Positions 1 through 9,218 of a DNA stretch of 41,091 nucleotides are shown here, piece after piece. Made by a program: the position numbers and the translations under genes. Under the pieces are notes generated by a model that was given only the letters and a program-made list of their open reading frames with translations, searched no databases and was not told the DNA's origin. Source of the DNA: an uncultured bacterium (lineage in GTDB: Bacteria; Chloroflexota; Limnocylindria; QHBO01); the NCBI GenBank assembly GCA_965651545.1, contig CBFGSY010000002.1, forward strand, positions 1 to 41,091, written 5' to 3'. Each line of letters opens with the position of its first letter. Within the stretch, counting starts at the first letter, position 1.

Positions 1-1612
1 GACCGGGGTGAGCATCGGCATCGGCCTGGCAGTGGCTCGCGACCTGCGCCGGCACGGACATACGGCTAGCAGGCACCGGAACGCGGTGGTCGTGGGTGAC
101 GCGGCGCTGCAGACCGGCCTTACGCTGGAAGCGCTCAACCACCTGGGCCACGCTCGGCATCGGCTCCTGATCGTGCTCAACGACAACGAGATGAGCATCA
201 GCCCGTCGGTCGGTGGTCTCTCGACCCGCCTCAACAAGCTGCGGTTGACGCGCGCCTACCAGGAGACGAAGTCGGCGACCGTCCGCACCCTGCCACGGGT
301 GCCGCTGCTGGGACGTCCCCTCTATTCCCTGCTGGCCTGGGCCAAGGAGGGGTTCAAGCGCTCATGGGCTTCGGTCGGCTTCTTCGAGGACATGGGGATC
401 ACCTACATCGGCGTCCTGGACGGCCACGACACGCTTGACCTGGAGCACACCTTCGAGCGCGCCTTCCGCCTGCGTACGCCGGTGCTGGTCCACGTCAAGA
501 CGGTCAAGGGCCGCGGTTACGCGCCCGCCGAGGAGGACAGCGTCTCCTTCCACGGCGCCAGCCTGCCGCCCGTCGACCTCACCCTGATCGACCCGACCGA
601 GGAGCCGATCCCCGCTGAGTCCGCGCCGCAGCGAAAGCCAAAGACCTACACCCAGACCTTCGTCGAGGAGCTCGTTCGCCTGGCCGGGACCGATGAACGA
701 ATCTGCGCCATCACGGCCGGCATGCCCACCGGCACCGGGCTGGCCCGCTTTGCCGAGCGCTATCCGCAGCGCTTCTACGACGTGGGCATCGCCGAGCAGC
801 ACTCGGTCACCATGGCGACCGGCATGGCGCTGGCCGGCCTGCGCCCGGTGGTGGCCATCTACTCCACATTCAGCCAGCGCGCCTACGACCAGCTGGTCCA
901 CGATGTCTGCCAGAACGGCGCGCCGGTCGTGCTGGCCATCGACCGGGCGGGGCTGGTTGGTGAGGACGGAACCAGCCACCAGGGCATGTTCACGCTGTCC
1001 GCGCAGCGCGCGCTGCCGAACCTGGTCATCGGCTCGCCCAAGGACGAGCAGGAGCTGCGCGACATGGTCGCAACCGCGATCGCCCACGATGGGCCGATCG
1101 CCCTCCACTACCCACGAGATGCCGGCGAGGACCTGCCCGATCGCGCCGGCCGTACGCTCGAGATAGGCCGCGCCGAGCTCGTGCGCTTCGGCAATGACCT
1201 GCTTCTCGTCGGCTTCGGGCCGATCGTGCAGCGCCTGGTCAGGGCGGCGGACGTGCTCGAGCGCGATCACGGCCTGACGGCCACCATCATCAACGCGCGC
1301 TGGGCGAAGCCCCTGGATGAGGCGTGCCTCGCCGAGCACGCGTCCGGCAAGCGGCTGGTCGTCACCGCCGAGGAGTCGGCTGCCATGGGGGGCTTCGGCG
1401 ATGGCGTGCTCGACGCGCTGAACAGGGCCGGAATTCACGTCCCGGTCGTGAAGATCGCGCTGTCCGAGGGCTTCGTGCACCACGGTGCAGTCGACGACCT
1501 GCGACATCAGCAGAGGCTCGACGTGGAGGGCATCACGGCCCAGATCCGCGAGGCCCTCTCCTTGCCGGTGGAGCCGACCGTTGCGCCGGCGCGGGGCGTC
1601 GGGGCGGCCTAG
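1..1612 (+). CDS. dxs: 1-deoxy-D-xylulose-5-phosphate synthase, C-terminal ~535 aa (5' end lies outside the window)
   Basis: The frame is open from the window edge to TAG at 1610-1612. The translation carries transketolase-like motifs (NDNEMSISPSVG, DVGIAEQHSVTMATGMA, IDRAGLVGEDGTSHQG) typical of Dxs. Confidence 0.93.
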   Translation, partial: TGVSIGIGLAVARDLRRHGHTASRHRNAVVVGDAALQTGLTLEALNHLGHARHRLLIVLNDNEMSISPSVGGLSTRLNKLRLTRAYQETKSATVRTLPRVPLLGRPLYSLLAWAKEGFKRSWASVGFFEDMGITYIGVLDGHDTLDLEHTFERAFRLRTPVLVHVKTVKGRGYAPAEEDSVSFHGASLPPVDLTLIDPTEEPIPAESAPQRKPKTYTQTFVEELVRLAGTDERICAITAGMPTGTGLARFAERYPQRFYDVGIAEQHSVTMATGMALAGLRPVVAIYSTFSQRAYDQLVHDVCQNGAPVVLAIDRAGLVGEDGTSHQGMFTLSAQRALPNLVIGSPKDEQELRDMVATAIAHDGPIALHYPRDAGEDLPDRAGRTLEIGRAELVRFGNDLLLVGFGPIVQRLVRAADVLERDHGLTATIINARWAKPLDEACLAEHASGKRLVVTAEESAAMGGFGDGVLDALNRAGIHVPVVKIALSEGFVHHGAVDDLRHQQRLDVEGITAQIREALSLPVEPTVAPARGVGAA

Positions 1613-1620
1613 GCGCACCG

Positions 1621-1755
1621 ATGCGCAGCCTCATGGGTCTCGCGGCCTCCGCGCTGGCCGGCCTGTTTGGCGGCGTGGTTCTTGGGCTTATCAGCGCATT
1701 TGCCCCGCAAAGCTGGTTCGAGCGGCTGCCTAGGATCGCGCGCCAGGCCGGCTGA
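1621..1755 (+). CDS. possible 44-aa small membrane peptide (hypothetical)
   Basis: ATG at 1621 lies 9 nt after the dxs stop. The translation MRSLMGLAASALAGLFGGVVLGLISAFAPQSWF... has one clear hydrophobic helix. There is no convincing SD and it could be a chance ORF. Confidence 0.2.
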   Translation: MRSLMGLAASALAGLFGGVVLGLISAFAPQSWFERLPRIARQAG

Positions 1756-1801
1756 CGTCAGGCCGACCCGTGCTGCACAGCGGCACGGACGCGCGGCGCC
1801 G

Positions 1802-1807
1802 TAGCAT
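1802..1807 (+). promoter_or_regulatory. candidate -10 hexamer TAGCAT, 8 nt upstream of the tlyA ATG (leaderless-type)
   Basis: TANNNT hexamer read directly. There is no SD between it and ATG 1816. Confidence 0.25.
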
Positions 1808-1815
1808 TCGCAGCC

Positions 1816-2604
1816 ATGCCGCGCATTCGCCTCGATCAGCTGCTGGTCGATCGCGGCGTGGCCCCCAGCCGAGCGGCCGCGCAGGCGCTGCTGATCGCCG
1901 GCGAGGTGGAGGTCCAGGGTCGTGGGCGGAGCATGAAGCCCGGCAACCTGGTGGCCCCCGACACGGAGCTGGTCGTGCGCCAGCGCCCCCGATGGGCGAG
2001 CAGGGCGGGCGACAAGCTGGCGGCGGCGCTCGACGCGTTCGGTATCGACGTGAGCGGCCTGACGGCGCTCGACGCAGGCGCATCCACCGGCGGCTTCACG
2101 GACGTGCTGCTGGCGCGGGAGGCGGCGCGGGTCTACGCCGTGGACGTCGGCAGCGGCCAACTGATAGACCGGCTCCGGAACGATTCTCGCGTGGTCCCAA
2201 TGGAGAAGACCAACCTGCGGACCCTCGCCGAGCTTCCGGAACGCCCGCTGCTGGCGACGCTCGACCTGTCGTTCATCTCACTGCGTTTGGTGCTCCCTGC
2301 CGTGCGTCGCCTCATAGACGATAACGGCGCGGTCATCGCGCTCGTGAAGCCGCAGTTCGAGGCGGGCAAGGGGGCGGTGCCGCGCGGCGGCGTCATACGC
2401 GATCCATCGGTCCATGCGGACGTCCTCCGCCAGTTCGTAAGGGACGCGGACGATGCTGGATTCGGCGTCATCGGTCTGATCCGGTCACCGGTGACCGGAA
2501 CGGATGGCAACCTCGAGTTCCTGGCGCACCTGGCGGAGCCGCCGGGCATGGCGCCGGAGGCGCTGGCGGAGCGGGTCGAGGTGGTGGTGGCGCCATCGGT
2601 CTAG
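1816..2604 (+). CDS. tlyA: TlyA-family rRNA (cytidine-2'-O)-methyltransferase (S4 + FtsJ-like domains)
   Basis: N-terminal S4 motif (RLDQLLVDRGVAPSRAAAQALLIAGEV) and a SAM-MTase motif (LDAGASTGGFTDVLL). The position dxs-tlyA-nadK-recN is classical synteny. Confidence 0.9.
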   Translation: MPRIRLDQLLVDRGVAPSRAAAQALLIAGEVEVQGRGRSMKPGNLVAPDTELVVRQRPRWASRAGDKLAAALDAFGIDVSGLTALDAGASTGGFTDVLLAREAARVYAVDVGSGQLIDRLRNDSRVVPMEKTNLRTLAELPERPLLATLDLSFISLRLVLPAVRRLIDDNGAVIALVKPQFEAGKGAVPRGGVIRDPSVHADVLRQFVRDADDAGFGVIGLIRSPVTGTDGNLEFLAHLAEPPGMAPEALAERVEVVVAPSV

Positions 2605-2620
2605 GGCCGCGCGTATTACG

Positions 2621-2974
2621 ATGCGTGACGGCATGAGGAAGCGGAGCGCCCAGCCGCCAGGGGAGCAGCTCAGCGTCGGGTTCGAGGGGCTCGAGGTCGT
2701 TGCCCCGCCCGTCCACGACCCGGCGACCGACACGATGCGACAGATCGTCTCGCTGCGCATGCCGGATGCGCTGCTGGCGCGGGTCGAGACCGCGGCACGC
2801 GCACGTGGGGTGTCGCCGTCCAGCCTCATGCGGGCGCTGATCGCGGCGGGACTCGACCGCTCATACGCCGCTGTGCAGGACGACCTGGCGGGTGAGATTG
2901 CCGCGCTGCGCCGGCAGGTGGCCGAGATCGCGGCACGCATGGGATCGGATCCGAAGCGGGCGTCGGACGAGTAG
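2621..2974 (+). CDS. ribbon-helix-helix (CopG/Arc-like) DNA-binding protein with a C-terminal coiled-coil
   Basis: IVSLRMPDALLARVETAARARGVSPSSLMRALIAAGL is a typical RHH beta-strand plus two helices. ATG 2621 was chosen because the longer ORF from 2504 overlaps the tlyA end with Arg/Trp-rich junk. The stop TAG abuts the nadK ATG. Confidence 0.7.
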   Translation: MRDGMRKRSAQPPGEQLSVGFEGLEVVAPPVHDPATDTMRQIVSLRMPDALLARVETAARARGVSPSSLMRALIAAGLDRSYAAVQDDLAGEIAALRRQVAEIAARMGSDPKRASDE

Positions 2975-3808
2975 ATGCGGGTCGGCTTCGCCTACAACCC
3001 CACCGACCCGGAGGCGAGCCCCGTGCTGGAGCGCGCGCGAGCGTGGTGCCAGGCCAACGGAGTCGACGCCTGGGATGCCGCAGCCGAGGACCGGCGGACG
3101 ATTGCCGCCATGTGCCCGGACAGCGACCTGGTGTGCGTGCTTGGCGGGGATGGCACCTTCCTGCGGGCGGTGGGCGCGATCGGCGACCACGGCGTGCCGG
3201 CGCTGGGCGTCAACCTCGGTCGGGTCGGCTTCCTGGCCAAGATCGAGACCGCTGACCTGGAGCGCGCGCTGGACCAGGTGGCAGCCGGCGACTACGTCCT
3301 GGACGAGCGGTTCCGCATCCAGGCCACGCTGGTGCGCGCCGATGGGACGAGCGAGAGCCACTCGTGCCTGAACGAGGTGGTGGTGGCGCGTGGGGAGCGC
3401 GTGCGCATGATCCAGGTAGAGGTCGAGGTCAGCGGCAGCCACCTGGCGACCTACATGGCCGATGCGGTGGTGGTGGCCACCCCGACCGGCTCGACCGCCT
3501 ACTCGTTCAGCGCCGGAGGCTCCATCCTGGACCCGCGCCTTCGCAACGTCGTCATCACCCCCGTGGCCGCCTACCTGAGCTCGCTGCACAGCGTGGTGGC
3601 CGGTGAGGAGCACGTCGTCACCATGTCGCTGCGCAGCGCCCCCCACGGCGCGGTGGTGTCGATCGACGGGCAGTGGGACCTGCCGATCGACGCGGGTGAC
3701 CGGGTGGAGGTGCGGGCGCTGGAGGTTCCGCTGCGGCTTATCGAGCCGCCGGGCACCACGCCGTTCTACGACCTGCTGCGCACCAAGGCCTCGCGGCTGC
3801 CCTACTGA
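2975..3808 (+). CDS. nadK: NAD+ kinase
   Basis: GGDGTFLRA motif, NEVVV, and TPTGSTAYSFSAGG. Confidence 0.93.
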   Translation: MRVGFAYNPTDPEASPVLERARAWCQANGVDAWDAAAEDRRTIAAMCPDSDLVCVLGGDGTFLRAVGAIGDHGVPALGVNLGRVGFLAKIETADLERALDQVAAGDYVLDERFRIQATLVRADGTSESHSCLNEVVVARGERVRMIQVEVEVSGSHLATYMADAVVVATPTGSTAYSFSAGGSILDPRLRNVVITPVAAYLSSLHSVVAGEEHVVTMSLRSAPHGAVVSIDGQWDLPIDAGDRVEVRALEVPLRLIEPPGTTPFYDLLRTKASRLPY

Positions 3809-3825
3809 GCGCTGGTGATGGCCCG

Positions 3826-5484
3826 ATGTCGCTGACCGAGCTCACCGTCGAGAACCTGGCGGTCATCGAGCGCGTCCGGCTGCCGCTCTCGCGTGGCTTC
3901 ACGGTGCTCACCGGCGAGACCGGTGCCGGGAAGTCGCTGGTGGTGGATGCGCTGGCGCTGGCGCTCGGCGCCCGCGCCGCCACCGACCAGGTCCGCTCCG
4001 GGACCGATGCCGCCCGGGTCGAGGCCGTGTTCGACGGGGTGGTGGCGACCCAGGATGATCCGCTGGCCGACGTGCTGGCAGCGGGCGATGGCCTGGCGAT
4101 CGTGCGCCGCGAGGTGGGGGCCGATGGCCGCTCGCTGGTCCGCGTGAACGACCGCAGCGTGACGGTGGGTGGTCTCGCCTCGCTCGGGGAGCGGCTGGCC
4201 GAGATCCACGGGCAGCATGAGCAGCAGCGGCTGCTGGCCGCCGATCGGCAGCTGGCCCTGCTGGATCGCTTCGGCGGGCTGGGAGAGCGGGTCGCGCAGG
4301 TCGAGGCGGGGTTCCGCGCCTGGCGAGCGACCGTGGCCGAGGCGAGCGAGATGCTCACCGACGAGGCCGAGCTGGCGCGTCGCATGGAGCTGCTGCTGCA
4401 CCAGGTCGACGAGATCGGCATGGCCGACGTGCGGCCCGGCGAGGACGAGGCGCTGGAGCAGCAGCTGCGCGTGGCCGCCAACGCGGAGGCAATCGCGCGG
4501 TCGGCGGACAGCGCCGTCCGAGCCTTGCGCGACGAGGCCGGCGCGCTGGAGCTGCTCACTGCCGCGCGTGCGGAGCTGGCGCAGGCCGCTGGCCACGACC
4601 AGCGCTTCGCGGAGCTGCTGGTGCGGGCGGCCTCGCTGGAGGCCGAGGCCGTGGAGCTTGCCCGCGACGCCGCCGCGCTGGGGGAGCGGGTCGATCTGGA
4701 TCCGGAGAGCCGCGCTGCCGCCGAGGAGCGCCTGGAGCTGCTCTATGACCTGAAGCGCAAGTACGGGGAGTCTCTCGAGCAGGTCATCAGCTTCGGAGCC
4801 TCCGCCGCGTACGAGCTCGCGCGGCTTCAGGACCAGGAGACGACTCGCGAGCGGCTGCGAGCCGATGAGGCGCGACTGCGTGCGGAGCTGGAGGCATCGG
4901 CGGCGATCCTTCGCGAGGAGCGACTAGCAGTCGGCGCGAGGCTGGCGGATCGCGTCAACGCGAAGCTGCCGCCGCTGGGGCTGCCGGCAGACGCCTTCGG
5001 CGTCGAGCTAGGGGAGGTGGAGGTCGGTCCTGGCGGCGGCGATCGGGTGACCTTCACGTTCGCCCCGAACCCGGGGGAGCCGCCACGACCGCTCGCCCGC
5101 ATTGCCTCCGGCGGGGAGGCAAGCCGGCTCTCGCTGGCGCTCAAGGTGGTCCTGGCGACGGCCGACGAGACACCGGTGCTCGTCTTCGATGAGGTGGACA
5201 GCGGCGTGGGTGGACGCCATGCAACCGCCCTTGGCGAGCGGCTGCGGGACCTGGCCGCCTACCACCAGGTGTTGTGCGTCACCCACCTCGCCCAGGTCGC
5301 GGCCTATGCCGACGCGCACGTCCACGTCGGCAAGCGCGTTGTGGACGGCCGGACGGTCGCGGAGGTCACCGTCCTCGATGCCGAGAGCCGGGCCCGCGAG
5401 CTGGCGGCCATGCTGGCCGGCGAGGATGCCGGCGAGGAGGCGCGCGCCGCTGCGGATGCCCTGCTCCGAGCGGCGGCCGGGTGA
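3826..5484 (+). CDS. recN: DNA repair protein RecN (SMC-like ATPase)
   Basis: Walker A LTGETGAGKSLVVDAL, a long coiled-coil middle, the signature ASGGEASRLSLALK, and Walker B VLVFDEVDSGVGG. Confidence 0.95.
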   Translation: MSLTELTVENLAVIERVRLPLSRGFTVLTGETGAGKSLVVDALALALGARAATDQVRSGTDAARVEAVFDGVVATQDDPLADVLAAGDGLAIVRREVGADGRSLVRVNDRSVTVGGLASLGERLAEIHGQHEQQRLLAADRQLALLDRFGGLGERVAQVEAGFRAWRATVAEASEMLTDEAELARRMELLLHQVDEIGMADVRPGEDEALEQQLRVAANAEAIARSADSAVRALRDEAGALELLTAARAELAQAAGHDQRFAELLVRAASLEAEAVELARDAAALGERVDLDPESRAAAEERLELLYDLKRKYGESLEQVISFGASAAYELARLQDQETTRERLRADEARLRAELEASAAILREERLAVGARLADRVNAKLPPLGLPADAFGVELGEVEVGPGGGDRVTFTFAPNPGEPPRPLARIASGGEASRLSLALKVVLATADETPVLVFDEVDSGVGGRHATALGERLRDLAAYHQVLCVTHLAQVAAYADAHVHVGKRVVDGRTVAEVTVLDAESRARELAAMLAGEDAGEEARAAADALLRAAAG

Positions 5485-6398
5485 CCGCCACGCCAGCCAT
5501 CGCCCATGCCCCGTCGGCTCAGGCGCTGGCACGGGCGATCGAGGCTTTCCTGCTCGAGCTGCGCGTGGAGCGCGGCCTCTCACCGCTGACGGTGGCGGCC
5601 TATCGCCGCGACCTTGCCGAGTTCGCACGCGACGCTGGACGCGAATGGCGCAGCGACCCGGATCCAGTTGCAGAATTCGTCAACGGGCTCCGCCGCAATG
5701 GCCGCCGGCCGAGCACCCAGGCGCGCAAGATGGCGGCCATCCGCAACTTCTACGCCTTTGCCCTGCGCGAGGGGATCGTCAGCAGGGATGTCGGGGCGTT
5801 GCTGGACAGTCCGCGACCGGGCAGCTACCTGCCGGATGTCCTGGATGCCGATGAAGTGGCCAGCATCCTGGACGCCCCGCCCGTCGATGAGCCGCGCGGG
5901 ATCCGCGATGCGGCGCTCCTGGAGCTCCTCTACGCCTGCGGGCTGCGAGTAAGCGAGCTGACCGGCCTGGATACCGATCGGCTGGACCTTGCCAACCTGC
6001 AGGTGCGAGTCATCGGCAAGGGGAATCGGGAGCGGCGGGTGCCGATGGGCGAGGTGGCGCGCGAGCGCCTGCAGCGGTCCCGGGTCGGCCGGCGGGGTGC
6101 GGGGCGGGCCGGAACGCCGCCGCGGGGGGTGTGCGTCCGCGCGCGCGGCCGCGGGCGCCCGCGCGAATCGGTTTGGCGGCTGGTACGGCGCTGGACGAGG
6201 CAGGCAGGTGTGATCAGGCACGTCTCCCCGCATACGTTTCGGCACAGCTTCGCGACCCATTTGCTGGAGGGCGGCGCCGATCTGCGGGTGGTCCAGACGC
6301 TGCTGGGCCATGCTAGCATCAGCACCACCCAGCTCTACACGCACCTCACCGGAGAGCGCCTGCGCGAGGTCTATGCGCGGGCGCACCCGAGGGCGTGA
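5481..6398 (+). CDS. xerD: site-specific tyrosine recombinase XerD/XerC family
   Basis: GTG 5481 overlaps the recN TGA (GTGA). N-terminal SAM-like domain (FLLELRVERGLSPLTVAAYRRDL). Catalytic motifs are ELLYACGLRVSEL, HTFRHSFATHLLEGGADLRVVQTLLGHASISTTQLYTH. The longer ORF from 5274 is rejected because it overlaps recN. Confidence 0.88.
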   Translation: MTATPAIAHAPSAQALARAIEAFLLELRVERGLSPLTVAAYRRDLAEFARDAGREWRSDPDPVAEFVNGLRRNGRRPSTQARKMAAIRNFYAFALREGIVSRDVGALLDSPRPGSYLPDVLDADEVASILDAPPVDEPRGIRDAALLELLYACGLRVSELTGLDTDRLDLANLQVRVIGKGNRERRVPMGEVARERLQRSRVGRRGAGRAGTPPRGVCVRARGRGRPRESVWRLVRRWTRQAGVIRHVSPHTFRHSFATHLLEGGADLRVVQTLLGHASISTTQLYTHLTGERLREVYARAHPRA

Positions 6399-6428
6399 TC
6401 GCATGGAGCCCGAGCAGGAGCGCAGTCA

Positions 6429-7220
6429 ATGAGCTACGCGCGCAATCTCCTCAGTCGGGGCGAGGAGGTCGTCTTCGAGAGCCGCCAGCACTGGTTCGCG
6501 GTGCTGGCCGAGACGTGGGCCTTCGTCATCGCGGCCGTCATCGCCCTGGCGGTCCTGATCTGGGCCACTTCCGGCGCGCCCGACAACATCCGCGGCCTTC
6601 TGCAGATCGTAGCCCTGCTGGTGCTGTTGGCGGCGCTGGCCTACATCGGCATCAAGGTCTGGGCATGGCGCAACCAGGAATACCTGATCACGACGCGCCG
6701 CGTCATCAAGGCTGAGGGCATCTTCAACAAGCAGATGGGTGACTCGAGCCTGGAGAAGGTGAACGACGCCCGGCTGACGCAGAGCTGGGTCGGGCGCATC
6801 TTCGACTACGGGACGCTCGATATCCTGACCGCTTCCGAAGCTGCCGAGACTGGCCTCCTGAACGATTTCCCGATGCTGGCCGAGCCGGTGCAGTTCAAGG
6901 TCGCCATGCTCAACCAGAAGGAGCGCCTGGAGTTCCCTGACCTCGCTCCTCCGCGCGTGCAGCGTCCCGCCGCCGCTCCCGCCATGCAGCGGGCCGAGCC
7001 GATGCCGCCGCGTGCCGGGTCCGACCGCGTTTCGGAGGTCCATCCGGCGCCCGCTGAGGCCGAGCAGGCAAAGCCGGCTCCCGCTCCTGCCACGCCTGAA
7101 ACGGCGCCCGCCAGCCAGCTGGCGGCCACCCTCGAGAGCCTGGCCGGCCTGCGTGACAAGGGTCTCATCACGGCGGAGGAGTACGAGGCCAAGAAGCGCG
7201 AGCTGCTGGAGCGGATGTAG
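6429..7220 (+). CDS. membrane protein with a bacterial PH (bPH_2/YdbT-like) domain, a Pro/Ala-rich linker and a C-terminal SHOCT domain
   Basis: AGGAG lies 8 nt upstream. The N-terminus LLSRGEEVVFESRQHWF plus two TM helices resembles bPH_2. The C-terminal LAGLRDKGLITAEEYEAKKRELLERM resembles the SHOCT motif. Confidence 0.75.
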   Translation: MSYARNLLSRGEEVVFESRQHWFAVLAETWAFVIAAVIALAVLIWATSGAPDNIRGLLQIVALLVLLAALAYIGIKVWAWRNQEYLITTRRVIKAEGIFNKQMGDSSLEKVNDARLTQSWVGRIFDYGTLDILTASEAAETGLLNDFPMLAEPVQFKVAMLNQKERLEFPDLAPPRVQRPAAAPAMQRAEPMPPRAGSDRVSEVHPAPAEAEQAKPAPAPATPETAPASQLAATLESLAGLRDKGLITAEEYEAKKRELLERM

Positions 7221-8108
7221 GTGGAGCCCGTCCGCCGGGGCGCGCTGCCCGACGGGCTCTACGGCACGGAGCTTGAGCGCCGCATCGTTGAGGCGGCGGC
7301 CGTCGTCCGCGAGCGGCTGGCGTCCGTTCCTGGAGCTGCTCAACCGCAGCTGGCCTTCGTGCTCGGGTCCGGGCTGGGAGGTGTCGTTGATCTGCTCGAC
7401 CCGGAGCCGCGCCTGACGATCCCGTATCGCGACCTCCCACACGTCCCCGGCTCGGAGGTTGAGGGCCACGCCGGCGAGCTGGTCGTCGGGCGCGCAGGGG
7501 GGGCCACGGTGCTGGCGCTTGCCGGGCGCGCCCATCCCTACGAGGGCTGGACCCACCGCCAGGCGACGTTGCTGCTGCGATCGGTCCTCTCGCTGGGCGT
7601 GCAGACGGTGGTGCTCACCAACGCCGCCGGAGGCGTCAACCCGGACTTCGACCCGGGCGACGTGATGCTGATCGCCGACACCATCAACCTGTCCGGAGAG
7701 AACCCGCTGCTGGGGCCCAATCTGGATCGCTTCGGGCCGCGCTTCGTGGCGATGGCCGACGCCTGGGATGCGGAGCTCCGGAACAAGGCCAGGGCGGCGG
7801 GCGAGCGCGCCGGTGTCAGCCTGCGTGAGGGGGTGTACCTCATGCTCTCCGGGCCGGCCTACGAGACGCGGGCCGAGCTGCGCATGCTTCGTACCCTGGG
7901 CGCCGATGCTGTCGGCATGTCGACCGTCCACGAGCTGCTGGTGGCTCGCCACCACGGCGCGCGCGTGCTGGGCTTCAGCCTGATCACCAACAAGGCGACG
8001 CCTGACATGGAGGGCGAGGTCACCCACGAGGAGGTGCTGGCCGCGGGGCCGATCGGCGCCGCCCGCGTGGTCAGCGTCCTGCGCGAGCTGTTGCCGGAGC
8101 TCGGGTAG
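7221..8108 (+). CDS. punA: purine nucleoside phosphorylase (trimeric PNP/MTAP family)
   Basis: The GTG start abuts the preceding stop. Motifs: GHAGELVVG, LAGRAHPYEG, NAAGGVNP, GPAYETRAE, GADAVGMSTVHE. Confidence 0.88.
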   Translation: MEPVRRGALPDGLYGTELERRIVEAAAVVRERLASVPGAAQPQLAFVLGSGLGGVVDLLDPEPRLTIPYRDLPHVPGSEVEGHAGELVVGRAGGATVLALAGRAHPYEGWTHRQATLLLRSVLSLGVQTVVLTNAAGGVNPDFDPGDVMLIADTINLSGENPLLGPNLDRFGPRFVAMADAWDAELRNKARAAGERAGVSLREGVYLMLSGPAYETRAELRMLRTLGADAVGMSTVHELLVARHHGARVLGFSLITNKATPDMEGEVTHEEVLAAGPIGAARVVSVLRELLPELG

Positions 8109-8735
8109 ATGGCCTTCCAGGATTACTCGGCGCCGCAGATCGCTGCCATCGCGATCGCCCTCATCGTGGGCATCACCTTCCACGAGTTCATGCACGCCTT
8201 CGTTGCCGACCAGCTGGGGGATCACCGGCCGCGGGCGCTGGGTCGCGTGACCCTGAATCCGCTTGCGCACCTCGACCCGATCGGCTCGCTCGTCTTCGTC
8301 CTCCTCGGCTTCGGTTGGGGGAAGCCGGTGCCGGTGAATGCCTATGCGCTGCGCCCGGGGCGCATCGGCATGACCTACGTCTCGGTTGCCGGGCCGCTGG
8401 CAAACATGTTCGTCGCGTCCCTGTTCGGCATCGTGTTTCGCATCGCCGAGCTGGCGGGACTGCTCGGGCCGGGCGAATTCGCGACCAACGTCCTGTACGC
8501 GATCGTCGTGCTGAACGTCGCGCTTGGCCTCTTCAACCTCCTTCCGATCCCGCCGCTGGACGGCTACAACCTGGTGCTCCCGTTCCTTCCGCCGCAGACC
8601 GCGTACACGGTCCAGCGCTATGCGCCGTACGGCGTGATTATCCTGCTGGTACTGGTCTTCCTGCCCGGAGCCAGCCCGCTCGGCTGGCTATTCGAGCTGG
8701 CGGTCGCGATTGCCCGCATGCTGACCGGTGTATAG
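8109..8735 (+). CDS. site-2 protease family (peptidase M50) minimal membrane metalloprotease
   Basis: HEFMHAFVA (HExxH) in the first TM helix and [10 protein letters not shown] (the second M50 motif). The protein is polytopic and hydrophobic. Confidence 0.85.
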   Translation: MAFQDYSAPQIAAIAIALIVGITFHEFMHAFVADQLGDHRPRALGRVTLNPLAHLDPIGSLVFVLLGFGWGKPVPVNAYALRPGRIGMTYVSVAGPLANMFVASLFGIVFRIAELAGLLGPGEFATNVLYAIVVLNVALGLFNLLPIPPLDGYNLVLPFLPPQTAYTVQRYAPYGVIILLVLVFLPGASPLGWLFELAVAIARMLTGV

Positions 8736-9213
8736 GGTCGAGCAGTTCCTGGGGCATCTCCGCGCGCGGGTGACCGACGACGAAGAGGCCCTCGCCCATC
8801 GTCTGCTGCCGGCCGGCGCTCGCCCCCTCTTCGACGCCATGCCCGTTGCCGACCGTCGCCACGCCCTGGACGTGGTGGGCCGGCTCCAGCTGGCCGGCCA
8901 CGACGACCCGGACCTGCTGGCGGCGGCCCTGCTGCACGATGCGGCCAAGGGTCATCGCATGCGGCTGTGGCACCGGGTGAGCGGTGTGCTGCTCGGGGCC
9001 CTGGCGCCGCGCATGCTGGAGCGGCTGGCGTCCCCGCAGCCTCGGTCGTGGCGTTACCCGTTCCACCTGTACCTGCATCACGCACACCTATCCGCCGATG
9101 CCGCCGGGGATGCGGGCTGCTCGCCGCGCACCGTCGGCTTCATCCGGGGTGTGGCCCCCGAGGCCGACGCGTCGCTGGCGGCCGCCCTGCGCACCGCGGA
9201 CGAGGCATCCTGA
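8728..9213 (+). CDS. HD-domain protein (putative metal-dependent phosphohydrolase)
   Basis: GTG 8728 overlaps the M50 stop by 8 nt. It has an H...HD pattern (RRHALDV ... AALLHDAAKGH). Confidence 0.65.
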   Translation: MYRVEQFLGHLRARVTDDEEALAHRLLPAGARPLFDAMPVADRRHALDVVGRLQLAGHDDPDLLAAALLHDAAKGHRMRLWHRVSGVLLGALAPRMLERLASPQPRSWRYPFHLYLHHAHLSADAAGDAGCSPRTVGFIRGVAPEADASLAAALRTADEAS

Positions 9214-9218
9214 GCGCC

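Noticed and set aside
362-1618. Long minus-strand ORFs opposite well-supported plus-strand genes. Examples: 362-1618, 3738-4596, 6426-8270, 9371-10909, 12564-14009, 17112-18458, 20888-22426, 25829-27181, 33287-35266, 34956-36320, 36191-37342.
   Set aside because: Their translations are Arg/Gly/Ala/Pro-rich with no recognisable motifs. They lie antisense to ORFs with unambiguous family signatures. This is the typical stop-codon-poor shadow frame of very GC-rich DNA.
6060-6185. Arg/Gly-rich patch inside XerD (RSRVGRRGAGRAGTPPRGVCVRARGRGRPRES) that could hint at a compensated frameshift.
   Set aside because: The segment still lines up in length and in key positions with the usual XerD region (...YL...RP.L.....lFvnaRG.rlsRqsvWrlvrr...). 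The alternative frames do not look more XerD-like. It is probably just GC-driven codon bias, and only read-level data could say otherwise.
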